Shown: piece after piece, positions 27,401-39,744 of the stretch
Position numbering within the stretch: position 1 is the stretch's first letter
Layout of the letters: every line of letters begins with the position of its first letter
DNA from: Antedon mediterranea
Lineage: Eukaryota; Animalia; Echinodermata
Reading direction: 5' to 3'
Assembly (NCBI RefSeq): GCF_964355755.1
Contig: NC_092671.1
Span: forward strand, 26,548,070 to 26,612,069
DNA length: 64,000 bases
Notes under the pieces: model-generated
What the model was told of the DNA's origin: nothing
Database searches by the model: none
Seen by the model: the letters and a program-made list of their open reading frames with translations, nothing else
Position numbers and translations under genes: made by a program

Positions 27401-30400
27401 ATTTGATAGAAATACAGATCTTTACTGTTTATCAACATAGTAGCGTTGAACGCATTTTTTGCTTGGCTAGCAACCATGCAGCGCCCACTATCGTTGTGAC
27501 GTCACACCGTGATACTCTATTGTTGACATAAATACAATTTCTCAAAAAGAATATTTTACATTTTAAGCTTACTACTACAGTACATTTATTAGATGTCTTG
27601 ACATGACTTATCCTGTCCCCACAACATACGTTTTTCATACATGATGAAAAATAATGGAGTACCTAAACATTAGTAATCACATTAGCTTTATAGGAAACAT
27701 TAGTATGATGTGTGATGTGTAAAAGTCTTTATTTTCTTATGCATCATTAACATTTATATAGCTCCCATAGGATTAGATACACTATTATGTATCGCATAAT
27801 ATTTATATGTTGACTTGGTTTACTTGTATACATTAAATATATTGTATGCAATAACTGAAATGATATTACTGTTATGTTCTAATGGATTTATGAAAGAACA
27901 CATTCATTACATTATTTTTAAAATGAAAAATAAGTAATTTAACCACTGGATAGTTATTCAAAATAATGCCTTTAATGTGTTGGTAACAGTTTAGTAGAAA
28001 AAATGTACAGTACTTTTGCTAAAATCAGATCAATCAAATATTAACACCAAATGTACATTTAATTAGTTAATAATTACAAGCTAACAGTAATACCTGTACA
28101 CTTTAGTATATTATTTTATCCTCACTTTTAATTAATATTTTTTTTAATTATTTTTCAGGTTAGATTCAGTAGTATCAAGTCATAAAAGAACGTTGAGGCC
28201 TCAGCGAAGGGTACGAGGGTCTGTGAATCCAGTAAAGGCATTGAAGAATCGTGAAGATGTTCGATCAGAGTACACCGAGGAGAGAAAAGAAGTTGTGCAA
28301 ATTCAAACTAAAACACAATCACAGAAAAATAGTAAGTACTACAGTTAATTCAACTGACCTTTGACTTGACCTATGTTTACATGTTTGTCATGCAAAAGTA
28401 ATGCTGTATAAGTTATTTTAATGCAAGAAATCAGTATTCCTGAGAGACACAAATTTTTTTTTGAGAATATAACATAATTTTTTTTTTCAGTAGGTGGTAA
28501 ACAAACAGATTTTACTGGGTATTCATTAGCATATTTTACAAGTCGTATGGATTTGAAGAGAGTGAGTTTACGAAAACCAGGAGAAGCCAGAGTAGTAGAG
28601 GGGTCTATGCTTCCATATAAGGACCTGATGTTGATGCAAATCAAAGGTAAGTGTCAGGGCTATAAATTTACTAGTTCTACAAAATCTAACTGGCGAAATG
28701 AACAACCAAACTCGGCCTAGTATGATACAATACATAATATATATTGTCATTTAAAAAACATGATAAAATGAAATTAAGATTGGTTAAATTCAACGTGCAA
28801 TACAAACATTACAAACAAGTCATTGCAATGAGATATAAGTGACATACTTTGCTAGACTAAACTGAAAATCTATTAGCTAATTTGAGCTCAGAACGTGAAA
28901 TTAGAGTAAAGAGATAAAAATTAAGCATTTTGAAATCGTATGTATTGTCTCTGTCGGTGTATTAAATTAATGATAATTTGTCTGTTAGAAATGAATAATT
29001 AGATCCATTAATTAATCATTAAAAACAAAAGGTAATTATAATTTGCATTGCCTAATGGATACAATCAAAGATACGTTTTAAAGCCATCGATCACATTAAT
29101 GTGAGTGTGTCTGGCTTCTATTGTACTTTAGCCTGCCTCTAGCTTAATGTATGACACATCTTTACCTTGCACAATAAGTAATCAAATGACAATGATATTG
29201 TACAAAATATATTATATCCAGCAATGTTTGTTGAATATGCCATTTTAATGTTGCATAATAGTTGTTCATTTTGACAAAAAATTGGATTTAAAAAAAAGTT
29301 ACCTGAAAAGAAAACAAATTATTTTATCGAGCATTGTTTGTTAAATATGTCAATTAAATGTCACGTTAAATTTGACTGTGCGCTCCCTATATAATAATTC
29401 CTGATAACAAAACAAATAACAAAATAAGTATATGAATACTGCCTTATAACCATAGGGATATTTTTTTGGAGGGATTCTCGCTTGTCACTTTTAATTAATC
29501 TACGCAATGTATTTTGTCCTGAACCTTGTGATTCTCTTTATGGAAGAAAAAAGGTAAAGGTTTCATAGGTTTTAATGTGATTACTTAATCATACTATCTC
29601 ATCATATCAAATGACCAAAAATGAATCATTTTCTCTCATCCTATCATAAGCAGCCAAGTCATTTACAATGAACTAGTTACCTTTTAGTTTCTATCTATAT
29701 GTAATTAATTGCTTATTACATTTAGATAATCTCTTTCTATCCACACATATATATGACTATGGTATTTATTATACCTATAACTCATTTACTTCAGGGAGGA
29801 AATCAGTGCAAGCTAGGCTTGTTGAACCAGTCGCCAAATCTCTCAACAGTGGAGACTGTTTTGTACTTGTAACGCCAAAAGACATTTACTGTTGGCAAGG
29901 AGAATATGCTAATATTCTAGAAAAATCAAAGGTACAGTATTTTACCTTATTATAGCCAAAAGAATTCAAGTGGTGTGGTGATTTTTTTTTAAAAAGGGAA
30001 CACTTCCCTGTGCAGGCTACAGGGTTGTTAAAGACCTCTGTCAAAAAGTGATCAGATTGAAAGAATCACATTTTCATTTATACTAATTGTGCATATCATT
30101 GTCCTATGGTGTAATATCCCATCATCTTCGGGCCATGTGGCCCATAAGGTTGCGGTGAACTCTTCCAGCTCCCTCTGCTTCTGGAAACTTGTTTGGCATA
30201 GTTCCAACATTTCCAACCCAACTCTTTCCTTTCTATGGTTTCATATAGTCAATTTTGATCAAATTCTGTAATGAGAATGGAAATTTGTCCATTTTAAATT
30301 TACTGTAAAGTGATGTGGGGTTTTATTTACAGGCCGCAGAGTTTGCACAATACACATTGACCAAGAAGGATCTAGGCTGCAAGGCTACGGAAGTACATTT

Positions 30401-33400
30401 AATTCAAGAAAAGAAGACCAAATTTGGAAGGCCTGTTAAGGAGTTCTTCAAGCTACTTGGTGGAGAAGAATGTTACCAAGGTATGTTTACTATTATTATT
30501 ATTATTATTATTTATTCACGCCTATTGTAGGTCCCTGGCATTTCATTGGTTCATTACATGTTGTGTGCCATGCATTACCTTAATCCATCCTTAGGATTGG
30601 GTCCATGTTTTTTTTTTATTTTGTGAAACACAAGGCTTATGACAGTTCGGAGACTGGCTAAGTAGTGTGCATCTAAATATTTCTTACAAAAAACGCCAGT
30701 TATCTCATGATATTTAACGTCTACATGCATCTCAATATTTATCAGAAAATGTTTTCATAGACTCTCTTTTCCCAGAGGTGCTTTGGGATATGCACTTACA
30801 AAGCCCTTGTTTTTCAAATAGCCATTTTTCAGCTGTAGTAAACTATGAGCTTCCATGTTATACAGTTTCCGAATGCTTCCATCCTCTAGAATATAACTGC
30901 ATAAAGACGTGTCACAAAAAAGATTTATAATAATTTTGTTATATCTTATTTTGTTTAGATGTAAGAGGGGCAGAGGAAGATGAAATACGAGAGATATACA
31001 TCAATGAGACCAACATGATATATCGCCTTAAAGATGAGAAGTTAGAACCTTATAAAATATACTGGGAACAGATTCCAAAATACGAGATGTTTAACAGTAA
31101 TGAAGTGAGTATAGAATATTTTTTGCTTTCAAACAATTTGTACTAGTTGTGAGTTTAAACCCACAATATCAAGATCACAGGTCTAGCATTCCTTTAGACT
31201 ACTAAGCAACGGGTACACCGATGTTATCATTTGTATGTCTCGCATTACTGTTGTTAAAAAATAAACACTAAATATGTATTTTATACACTGCGTTAATATG
31301 TGTGTGGCAGTGACACTCGTGTTTCATAATATAAACACTTATATTTGAATAGTAGGCATTGTAACCCAAACCTTAAATTGACAAAATAATGTTTGCCAAA
31401 CTTTTATTTTTATGGATTTGGAGACAAGTATCTTGGAGAGGCTGCATAGTCATAAAGGCCAGTGGCTAATAGGGCTGCTTCCCCCATTAAATAATCACCA
31501 AGACAAACCTATACACAAGAATGATGCTCTATACATATAAGTGGAGTTGTACCCTGCCCCAGGGACTCTACTCCGTCAAATATGGTAGCAATATAAATGT
31601 TTCTCTTTTCCTGATGCAAATATTAATAATTAATTTAATAATAATATGAAAAATGACACACTTTTTTTCTCCAGATTCTTGTCTTTGACTTTGGAAGTGA
31701 ACTTTATTTATGGCAAGGAAGGAGCACGTCAGTTGCAGATCGTAAACTAGGTTTAAAACTTTGTCAGTTAATATGGGATCAAGGTTATGATTACTCTGAT
31801 TATGACATCAATCCAATCTTTCCATCCAATCCGGAGAAGTCAAAGAAGGGTAAAAGTCGACCAGATTGGGCATTGTTTGCTAAGGTAAATACAGCCTTTT
31901 TGGATATACTGTCCACTAATTAAAGACACCTTCCCTACGTCTTTTAGATCTATTTAAAGATCACAAACTATATTTAATGTAAAAATAATACTATATGGTC
32001 CTATTGCAGTAAATGGTTAAAAATGTGAAAAATAAGTCGATTCTAATAATTATAGAGGCCCGCTATAAATCCTAAAATGAATTGCGCGCGGATTAATATT
32101 TCTGTTTTTCTTCCGTAATTCACCCACTTTTCGATCAATCGTGAGGCCAAAACAAATGGAAGACACTCCTAACTTTTCAGCGAAAATACCGGGTTTTCCC
32201 CAATTTGTACAAACGGAGTCTGGCAAAAATAGAAAGAGAATTAATGCAGCAACTATACAACGTCAGGCTAGGTATATAGCTAGTGTACGATGTTCGTACG
32301 TTACCGATGTTTACCAGCTAGGTAACTAGGCCTAGACCGTCCACGAGCGGTCAGTCGCCGCGAGCTACTTAGGTAGTGCATTGTTTATTACTTTTTATCA
32401 TAATTTACCATAAAACGTACATTTAAGACAAGGAATGACCTGGCTTTATGTTTTTAAAGTAATATATATTTGTATTATTTTTACAAAATGTCACAAATTG
32501 TAGGGAAGGTGTCTTTAATAACTTAAAATATATAAAAATATACATTACATATCCACTTTAAAGCCAATGAATTTCATGATTGCTTGATTGATTGGCCATA
32601 TAATAAAATCAGAGTGACAGCATTATTGTATTTTTAATTTCAGATTAACGAAAGAATGGAGACGATTTTATTCCAATGTAAATTTGATGATTGGCCAAAT
32701 GATTCGCGAATTATTAGAGTGAAATCACAAGATGATTCGCAAAAGGTAAGGAATGAAATATGTAACCGTATGTAAATTATAGGATCCTTGACATTCTGGT
32801 TAGGTAAAATTTGCTGACCTGTAATCAAAAATGTCACGATCAGAGTGGTGGTTGGGCGATTTCATCTGTAATAATGCATGAGCCGACACATTTCCACAAA
32901 ATATGTCATAACAACAATGGGTCTTTTTACATCTGAGAATTTAGTACTGTACTCAACCATGTAAATCAAATTCCATGCCGCATAGAACATCACATCGCAT
33001 AAAAGTGTTTCTTCATCATAACATTATGACAAATATGAACGTTTTTAATTTTACAGAAAGAACCAATGGCTGAGTTGGTAGCCTGGGATGCTAAGAAGAT
33101 GTTGGCACCTTCACTAGATAAGGGTTACCTTATTCTAGAGGGTACCAATTTAGGGCGAGGAACTGGTAAGGTTTCAATTATCATTTGATTACAGAAAGCA
33201 AACAGTTTGCATGTTGATTTGTTTTTATTTTACTACCATGTGTTATTGTTGTTGTTTGGATTTTGTGTCGAAATTATCAAAACCCTAATCTTTGAGGGAC
33301 CCAGAGACCCTAAAAATCATCATTCACACTTAGACTGAGGGAAGCATTTGACATTCAAACATTCTCCTGTCTAAATGAGTATCAGAAAATTATTTAAATA

Positions 33401-36400
33401 TTATTCACTTCAACTAAAATACTCCGATTGGTTCATTAAAGTCCATGCATTGTGCAGCATTTACAAGCATATGTGTTACAATTAATAAGTAATCCTAATA
33501 TTTGAACTTTGGTTTATCATGTCTAATTAAGCAAATGTTACAGGCATGCATTTATAGACTAAAAAGAAAATGTGATTTCCTCAAAAAATATAATAATGTG
33601 TGTGAGATATATATATATTATATAATATTTTTTTAATAAATATAGTTCTAGTTGCTATGGTGGTTTATAGCCATACACTTTTTACAAGAGCTTTTTAATA
33701 CCTAACTAATGTGTGCGATATCTTCTTTGTTGTGTAATATTTAAGGTACGGCCAGTTTGGAACCAGCAAAAGCAGACATTGCAGGTAAATGTATAACACA
33801 ATAATTAACACAGCATAATTCAGAGTATAGTTCCAGAGGTCAGGGTACAATTTTTTGTGGGATTATCCTTAAGCTACACTATCAAACTAGTTTGACAAAA
33901 AAAAGTGTGATGTGCTCAAATATGGTAGTGATATGACATCATATATCGGCACGTTTTTTCACATAAAGTTTGATTGTGTAGAAAGAGACCTCAGATTGCT
34001 TTAACAATGGAATTTACCAAAGTTTTTTTTACCATATTGCCAAACTTAACAGGTGAAATTATACTAAGACATGGAATTATAAGCTGTAAATTAGAGATGT
34101 TCTTTTTATGTAAATTATTGGATTAAAAGGGTAAATGAGATAAAAAAAATATGGAACTTTTATAAATCAAGTTAAAACTGCTTACTAAGGGCAGAGAAAT
34201 TAGAAAGACATTTTTGTTTGTAGTACTGTGGTACACTAAAATGTAAAGGAATAACCAAAAAAAAAAAATACATTGTGATTCAGATTGAAACAATAAAAGA
34301 TTATTGTTATTATTATTATTTGTAAATTTACAACCTATTGCTTATAAAGTAAGTTTTATTATTAATGTACCTATTATTTCATTAAGGTTATTTCGACAAG
34401 TTCCAGTCCCGTGGCAATGAAGTAGTAACGATATCAGTTGCAACATGGCACATCATGGAATTTGAAAGAAGTATTATGCCAAAAGAATGTTTTGGCCAGT
34501 TACATGAGGGCGACACATACGTAGTCCGATGGCAGTACAGAATAGAAAGTACAGGTAAATTTAGAAAAAACATGCTTCTTTTGTTGATTATATCTTTTGC
34601 ATAAAAACAAAAATATACATTAAAATTAACTCTTCCAGGAATGCGTGATCTAAAGGGTAACGTATCAACCAGAGGTATAGGACATGGTAAAGAGAAATGC
34701 GCATATTTTTTCTGGCAAGGGTCACGAAGTACTATCAATGAACAAGGAGCTTCAGCGCTTATGACAGTGGAACTTGATGATGAACGTGGACCTCAGATCC
34801 GTGTGACGCAGGGAAAGGAACACGCTGCTTTCCTTAATCTTTTCCAAAGCTCGTTAATAATCCATATGGGAAAACGAGAAGAGGAGGAAACAAACACGCA
34901 AGGTATGTAAGATTTTAAAGATATTTACATACTTTAGTTCCATCCTGTATGCTAATAAAAAATAGAGGCCATGATAATTCCATTTCCATGTAACAATACA
35001 AGAACACCTGTTATGGGAATACATTCGGGACACAACAAAAACATGAATATCGGTTAGCTGTAGTGTTAAAACATTACCCCTTGTTTTTACTACTCTGACA
35101 ATAGAGGATCGTATACATAATCATTTAGTTTATGTTGTACTCCAAAATTATGTGATGCATTGCCTTATAGAAAGCTGAAATAACTGACCACACCCAACAT
35201 ATCTATCTTTGTTTTTATTCAGGATCATATCGATTATATATGGCACGGGCAGAAGAGGAAAATGAAGGGTGGTTACTTGAATTACCATGTGTACCTCATT
35301 CTCTACGCTCTCGTTCTTCGTTTGTTCTTTTGAATCTTGAGAAAATCAAACAAGACGAGGCAGAGGTATATGTATGGCATGGAGTCAAATCGTCTGCAAT
35401 AACACGGCAAAATGCAAGGAAATGTGCAAATAAAATGAAAGAAAAGTAAGTACATCAATGTATTGTGATTCCTCGCATCAAATCAATCAATCTGCTAATA
35501 ATAATATTGTTTCTTTATAAACAGCATATTGTAGAATAATAACATACTGTATTATTGATAAAATGTATAAATGATGTTATACATATGTTGTGTTAGTATG
35601 TGTATCTCTTGTATTTTGGGGTATGTAGAAGTAATGAGCCTACCTCATTATAAGCGTTGGTTTACTATCACTCTTATTTGCATTTACAATATCATAAAGG
35701 GAGGTTGAGTAATAAAGTAACATTTTCAGGACATTTGCCACATTTATATTTCCAATGGGTTTATTTAATATTTTCCTTTGTCTTTTCTTTTTTGTTAATT
35801 CTTAGTAATTCTATTTCTTTCAGTTTACCTTTTGAAGCAGGGTTAAATCCACAGTGCAAAGTTAGCATTCAAGAAATGGAAGAAGGAAAAGAACTTAAAA
35901 CTTTCAAAAATATATTAAAGATGGACATAAAGTCATATGATAGTGCAATAGGAGGTATGTGTTTATATCTACAGATTTGGTTCCATTTTATGAAATAGTT
36001 TATATTACTATATGTAAAGGATCTTGAGTTTTGTTTACACTAAACACAAACTTTATGCGATTGTGTTCGAATGGAGGTAAACATTAACGCCCGTATTCTT
36101 AAACCGGACTTTAGTCATAGTTCAAAGTTCGACTTGAAAAAGTCGTAGTTCGAGCTATTACTTCAAATTCGATTAAAAAACGAAGTAGTCGAAGTTTGCA
36201 GTTCGACTTAACGAAGTCGAGCTTTTAGTCGAGTTGCACACGTCTGGGTAACAAAGGCTAAACATTAGCCAATGACAAGAGAGTATTTGAGGAGCAGACG
36301 AAATTTTGCGCATTGATATCACTTTCCATTTTCTTACAAAACTTTTTACGCATCAGGACTATATACATGAAAAATAATTTTAATCGTTAATCATTAGAAC

Positions 36401-38700
36401 AAGATCAGTATTAATTTAACAGTGAAGTACTTTTGATTCACAACAAACAAAATTTTCAAAATATATTTAGGAACCATGGCGGTACGGTAACTTTCATATT
36501 TTCTAGGCCTCCAACAAAGTATGATCGCGACGAACCACGCACTTACTAGCGTGACAAGAAAGCGCTAGGCCCCCAAAACATTCCATCGCGTGGTGAATTG
36601 CCGCATCTCTTATTGTCGCTATGGCGTGACGTAGTTCAAGTCGGACTTGCGCGAAGAAAATAATGTAATTTGTATACAGTTGTAAATAAAGATGATTTTC
36701 ATTATTATAACTTATACCAATGTATATTTAATTAAGCTAATATAAATATAGATATTTCATTCTTCAATATCTGGCCAATATAACAACTCAATGACGGTTA
36801 CGTTTTTTATAAACATCGTTTAAAAACCATTTAGTCGACCATTTAGCCTGCCCCCTCCAGGACTAAAAAAATCGATCAAAATCCGTCTCGATTTAGTCGA
36901 GGTTGGCCTGATTTAGTCGGTGATTTAGTTGAAGTTCGGTTTATGAATTAAAATGACGTCATTTTTTAAGTTTTAGCTCGAACTACGACTAAAGTCCGGT
37001 TTAAGAATACGGGCGTAAGACCTGGGTGGGCCTAGTATTTGCATGCAAAATACTGTTAGCTTATGCCACATATAACTGATGCAACCATGGCTACAGACTG
37101 AGTTGCATTGTTCTTAAACAGAGGAATAAAATGTATCAAAAGTTAGCAAATTGTAATACTATTCTATTTCTTTTTTTGTCAGATTCGATGGAGTTTGATT
37201 TTACTCCACGTTGTTTCCATTTAACAAGTACATCAGGAGTATTTAAGGCGAATGAGATCATAAATCCAGCCAGGTCAAGTCAGAATGCGTGTCCGTTTCC
37301 TATTCTGCAATCAGATTTGTACAGTGTCGCTCAACCAGGTAAGCCATGACGGTACATTTCAAGTGTATTCAATTTAATTTTTTTATTCAAAACTTTATCT
37401 ATTGAATCTAATTTTGTTTTTGTACTTTGCAGCACAATTTTTACTGGACAATCATTATGAAGTCTACCTCTGGCAAGGATGGTGGCCGCAGGATACAGAA
37501 GAAGACGGAATTGTGAAAACTGGATCAGCCAAGATGAGATGGGATATTGATAGAAAATGTGCTATGCAAACAGTAATGGAATATTGCAAAGGTAATATTG
37601 GATAATGTAGTCCTTAGCTTGTTCCCCAGGAATGCTGCTAAAATGTGCTAAAATGTAAGACACAACTACAACACAACAAACTTTCATCTACATCTATTGT
37701 GATCATGCCTGCCTTTCCCATACTTGACTGCCAACCACAGTGAGCATGTAATAGATGTGAATGTCCCTCACAAAATCATTGTTTGCAAAGCCAAGAGAGC
37801 TTAGATTTAAACTATGCTAGAATTTTGAAGACTTCAATGCCCCAATTCTTTGCCTTAATTCATTTTAATATGTGTTATCATATTTCTCTTCTCTTGTTTG
37901 CAGAGAAAAGACCAAGCAATCCACCAAGAGCATTCCTTATACATGCCGGACTAGAGCCTTTAACTTTTACTAACTTATTTCCATATTGGGAGCATAGTTT
38001 AGAGGTCGAAGAAATCAACAAGGAGGTAAGAATCTTTCTGTCAATGAATGCGACGCGACCATACTACAAAATGTATGTCTACACTAGTTACTGGAGGAGC
38101 ACCACATGATGGCTGTAAACATTGTAATTTAGAAAGCTCAAACTAAACTAGAAGGTGCATGGCCTAACTTCTGCCATACTATTCTCTGCCGATTGCCAAA
38201 GTATGCAGTATCAAACTTTAGAAAACACAGAGTAAAAGTGTTAAAATAATCTTTAGCAGCCTTTTTTTATATCTTAATCTGCATTGATTACTAGCTAGCT
38301 GCATTATGGGGGTATTTTTCCATTCGTGTTTGATCCAAAAATGACTGGGGGAAAATATGTACAGAGTGATTGGTTTCACAACATTAGACGCTTTATAAAT
38401 CCAGTATATTATTACAGAAGGGAATAATCTTAACTGTTCTTTTTTTTATCGTTACAGGAGGGAAGATCTGGAGACAAAGCCATTCTTGTAAAAGATGTTC
38501 TAGAAAAGTTAACCAAGTCAAGGTACACACTCGCTGAGCTGAAAGAACGCCCTCTACCAGAAGGTGTTGATCCACTCAAGTTAGAAGTATATTTGTCCGA
38601 TGAAGAGTTTGAGGAGATTTTAAAGATGCCAAAAGATGAGTTTTCACAACTGCCTGCCTGGAAACAAAAGAACTTGAAGAAGAATGTAGGATTGTTTTGA
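3445..38700 (+). CDS. SVIL: Supervillin (villin/gelsolin family), multi-exon, 5' end probably outside the window
   Basis: Phase-consistent AG/GT exons: 3445-4958, 5967-7146, 8653-8780, 19386-19565, 21175-21310, 21930-22146, 24433-24525, 25229-25481, 28159-28331, 28491-28646, 29795-29931, 30333-30480, 30959-31104, 31675-31884, 32644-32745, 33057-33165, [33746-33784 optional], 34387-34554, 34639-34902, 35223-35445, 35824-35954, 37183-37338, 37433-37591, 37904-38025, 38458-38700 (TGA). Supervillin motifs: [101 protein letters not shown]. Headpiece: [35 protein letters not shown]. Confidence 0.95.
4051..4356 (+). repeat. In-frame 90-nt (30-aa) coding tandem repeat, EKKSPE(R/C)KKSS, 4 copies
   Basis: Units at 4051, 4141, 4231 and 4321, each containing GAAAAGAAAAGTCCAGAA. 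Confidence 0.9.
7293..7480. repeat. 60-bp minisatellite, 3 copies (intronic)
   Basis: CATTGTGTGCATCCTTATGTTGCATCCTAGTG(G/A)GATCC..CATAGAATAACT repeats with period 60. Confidence 0.95.
11779..11934. mobile_element. Degenerate hAT-like MITE (inverted second copy at ~15458-15581)
   Basis: Ends CAGTGGTGTAAC / GTTACGCTACTG, flanks ACTACACC vs GCTATACC (6/8). The internal TGCTAAACCAGGGGCC appears reverse-complemented at ~15481. Confidence 0.55.
11945..12128 (+). mobile_element. Deu-domain SINE fragment
   Basis: GGATGGGACGTAAAGC..GGTCCC..CACGTTAAAGAAC..TTCGCAAAGAGT resembles the Deu-SINE central domain. Its tail TTTCCTCAGTTTCCAGTTAAGCTTGAGGACAA is shared with the copy at 14203. Confidence 0.65.
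13432..13575. mobile_element. Harbinger-like MITE (other copies at ~25550-25652 and, reversed, at ~33870-33990)
   Basis: TIR TAAGCTCTGTCTACACTA / TAGTGTAGACAGAGCTTA. The internal CCATATT(T)..GGCACATAACAC is shared with the other copies. Confidence 0.75.
14203..14406 (-). mobile_element. Deu-domain SINE fragment, inverted relative to the 11945 copy
   Basis: TTGTCCTCAAG..AACCGGAAACTGAGGAAA and CTACTCTTTGTGAATAGTGTACC..GTTCTTTAAC are reverse complements of the 11945-12128 copy. A CORE-like TCCTTAGGCAAGATG lies at its 5' end. Confidence 0.65.
17577..18255. mobile_element. Foldback non-autonomous DNA transposon, IS3EU-like termini
   Basis: Ends TATGGAACGCCGTTTACGCAA / TTGCGTAAACGGCGTTCCATA, with a perfect 6-bp TSD GATAAG (17571-17576, 18256-18261). 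The inverted arms of ~270-310 bp are built from a 14-bp unit GAATGAAATGTTTT. Confidence 0.85.
22320..24038. mobile_element. Non-autonomous TIR DNA transposon (~1.72 kb, CAGG termini, hAT-like)
   Basis: 14-bp perfect TIR CAGGCCTCGAATTT / AAATTCGAGGCCTG, ATATCC duplicated on both flanks, subterminal GGCCTTGGTGCCC repeats, an internal ~100-bp duplication (22880-23030), and higher CpG content than the host. Confidence 0.8.
24761..25168. repeat. Near-perfect tandem duplication of ~205 bp (intronic)
   Basis: CAGCCATACTGTGCC...GATCTTATGAGCCAAGA begins at 24771 and again at 24976. Confidence 0.9.
26484..26585. repeat. 24-bp minisatellite, ~4 copies
   Basis: ATTTACATTACTAATGATTAACT(C/A) repeated. 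Confidence 0.9.
27172..27520. mobile_element. Foldback MITE, unclassified
   Basis: GGCGCTGCATGGTTGCTAGC..AAAAATGCGTTCA (27193-27230) is inverted relative to TGAACGCATTTTT..GCTAGCAACCATGCAGCGCC (27447-27485). Ends ATAGAG / CTCTAT. Confidence 0.7.
31924..32514. mobile_element. Non-autonomous Kolobok-like DNA transposon (591 bp)
   Basis: 15-bp perfect TIR AGACACCTTCCCTAC / GTAGGGAAGGTGTCT flanked by TTAA (31920-31923, 32515-32518). The purine (AG) terminus fits Kolobok rather than piggyBac. Confidence 0.85.
36088..37015. mobile_element. Non-autonomous PIF/Harbinger-type element (928 bp), with a partial end copy at ~47546-47577
   Basis: 29-bp perfect TIR CGCCCGTATTCTTAAACCGGACTTTAGTC and a TAA TSD (36085-36087, 37016-37018). 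Confidence 0.85.
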
Positions 38701-39744
38701 AGATAACATTCTGATAACAAAAACAAGGGGCATTAATAATGTATTTATATGGTGTGAGAGGAAAAACTTTAAAAGGAAAAACATTTTAAAATGTGCAAGA
38801 GATAGAATTGCTTATTCATTATGTTTGCTGTTGTGTTGGAGATATTGAGTTGATGACATCACTGGGGAGGAAGCTTCTTCAGTAGTCTTGCCATTAATAA
38901 GTATTGGTGGTGGTAAATGACAGACACACTCAAACTGTAGTTATAAAAGAATTATTGAAGAAAAACCTCTTGTTAAGAGAATTACTGATAAGGTTAGAAA
39001 GACAACAGAACGAATTGCAAAAAGAATTGAAAAACTGTGTGAACTCTTTGGTAAAAACATGCTTTCCTCTTAAGCTTATGTGAGAGTGTTAACACTTGAA
39101 TATTCTACAAGCTGCATAATTAGATATCAGGCAAATCAAGTAAATGAATAGCTTTGCAACAATCAGAACTTCCATTGGCTTTGTTTCCAGTAGCGTACTT
39201 CAAGAATTGCCAAAAAATATTTTGTCTATATATTTTTGTTGTATTTTCAATTTAATTTATTATTTTACAAAATGTAATGTCTTTTTTAACACTGATTATT
39301 AGAGTTTTTATATAGCTTGGGATAATTTTCATTTAGTTTTATTACAACATGTTAACTGTACTGTGTAGTGTTTGTCTTATTAAGCTGGTCTTAATGCATT
39401 GTTTATTGCTGGTTTTAAAGTGTGTTCACACCAAGCACAGGCAGATATTTCAATGGCAACCATAACAGGTCCAAACATTGTGTGAACAGAGCTTTATACA
39501 GGGGAGGATGTATTCATACTTAAAGGAGAAATACTTAACAACTAAAAACTACATCAACAGTAAATGTGCAGTAATTGGTTAAATCATAGACCTACATCAT
39601 TTAAATGGCTATGAATTTTAGAATATGTGCATTAATAATGTAAAGGCTGTATATATGTTCTCAAGTAAAATATTTGTTAAAAGAAAAAAATTGGCTGAGC
39701 AGCCCTAATTAGGTTATATGCATGATATGCATATAACCTCTTGA

